From IMG/VR virus record IMGVR_UViG_3300029841_000297: a stretch of 6,473 bases of DNA. The stretch is one strand, 5' to 3'. Of the stretch, positions 5,676 through 6,473 are shown one piece after another (positions within the stretch are counted from its first letter, which is position 1; the number at the start of each line of letters is the position of its first letter). The notes beneath the pieces were generated by a model that was given only the letters and a program-made list of their open reading frames with translations, was not told the origin of the DNA and did no database searches. The stretch comes from a virus. Its lineage: Duplodnaviria > Heunggongvirae > Uroviricota > Caudoviricetes. Position numbers and translations under genes: made by a program.

Positions 5676-6473
5676 ATGATTAAGTGGCCCTGGAAAGTAC
5701 AAGAATCAGCACATCAAACTGCCCTTCCCTGGCAGGAAGCACTATCGATCCCCCTTTTAACGTGTCTGACAGAACAGGAACAAAGCAAATTGGTCGCTCT
5801 TGCCGAACGTTTTTTACAGCAAAAACGGCTTGTTCCTTTACAGGGCTTTGAGCTGAATTCATTAAGAAGCTGCCGGATAGCACTTCTATTTTGCCTGCCC
5901 GTTCTGGAGTTAGGACTGGAATGGCTGGATGGTTTTCATGAAGTCTTAATTTATCCTGCGCCATTTGTGGTCGATGATGAATGGGAAGACGATATCGGTC
6001 TGGTGCATAACCAACGTATTGTTCAGTCAGGTCAGAGCTGGCAGCAAGGGCCTATCGTTTTGAACTGGTTGGATATACAAGATTCTTTTGATGCTTCTGG
6101 TTTTAACCTGATTATTCATGAAGTCGCTCATAAGCTGGACACCCGTAACGGCGATCGCGCCAGCGGAGTTCCCTTTATTTCGTTGCGTGAGGTTGCTGGC
6201 TGGGAACACGATCTTCATGCTGCAATGAACAACATTCAGGAAGAAATCGAATTAGTTGGTGAGAATGCGGCGAGCATTGATGCTTATGCTGCCAGTGATC
6301 CTGCTGAATGTTTTGCCGTACTTTCTGAATATTTCTTTAGCGCCCCAGAACTTTTTGCTCCTCGTTTCCCTTCATTGTGGCAACGTTTCTGTCAATTTTA
6401 TCAACAAGATCCTTTGCAGAGACTGCATCACGCTAATGATACAGACTCGTTTTCGGCGACGAATGTTCATTAA
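5676..6473 (+). CDS. mtfA: MtfA, Mlc titration factor A / zinc-dependent peptidase, 265 aa
   Basis: Protein [23 protein letters not shown]... with HEVAH metallopeptidase motif; length and sequence match E. coli MtfA as I recall it. The ORF-track frame 5637..6473 begins at an upstream in-frame GTG; ATG 5676 is preferred. Confidence 0.9.
   Translation: MIKWPWKVQESAHQTALPWQEALSIPLLTCLTEQEQSKLVALAERFLQQKRLVPLQGFELNSLRSCRIALLFCLPVLELGLEWLDGFHEVLIYPAPFVVDDEWEDDIGLVHNQRIVQSGQSWQQGPIVLNWLDIQDSFDASGFNLIIHEVAHKLDTRNGDRASGVPFISLREVAGWEHDLHAAMNNIQEEIELVGENAASIDAYAASDPAECFAVLSEYFFSAPELFAPRFPSLWQRFCQFYQQDPLQRLHHANDTDSFSATNVH

Noticed and set aside
5680-6218. Minus-strand ORFs 5680..5964 and 6027..6218 inside mtfA
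   Set aside because: Antisense to a confidently identified conserved host gene.
1-6473. CRISPR array, insertion sequence or transposon
   Set aside because: No regularly spaced direct repeats, no transposase-like ORF and no terminal inverted repeats were seen.

Overview
The window is the integrase-proximal end of a lambdoid-type prophage inserted into the 3' end of a tRNA-Ser(CGA) gene (serU-like), followed by the host gene mtfA. Reading left to right on the + strand, the prophage part holds a 3' gene fragment (1..93), a 112-aa hypothetical gene (116..454), a convergent 64-aa minus-strand gene (443..637) that overlaps it by 12 bp, a ~575-bp stretch with no convincing ORF but several perfect hairpins (638..1212), a translationally coupled pair of small genes (1213..1401 and 1398..1589), a large 823-aa RecE-like protein whose C-terminus is a DEDDh 3'-5' exonuclease domain (1682..4153), an excisionase-like gene (4212..4415) and a lambda-family tyrosine integrase (4415..5440). 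The tRNA lies on the minus strand at 5493..5582 and mtfA (HEVAH zinc-peptidase motif) at 5676..6473. I see no CRISPR array, IS element, or canonical defence-system signature (no ATPase/nuclease pair, reverse transcriptase or similar). The features most worth a second look are the ORF-free structured segment with its antisense small gene, the RecE-like/DEDDh exonuclease with no annealase partner in the window, an Arg-to-Lys substitution at the integrase box II catalytic position, and the direct repeats beside the att core. All identifications are from reading the sequence and recalled family knowledge; no database search was run.
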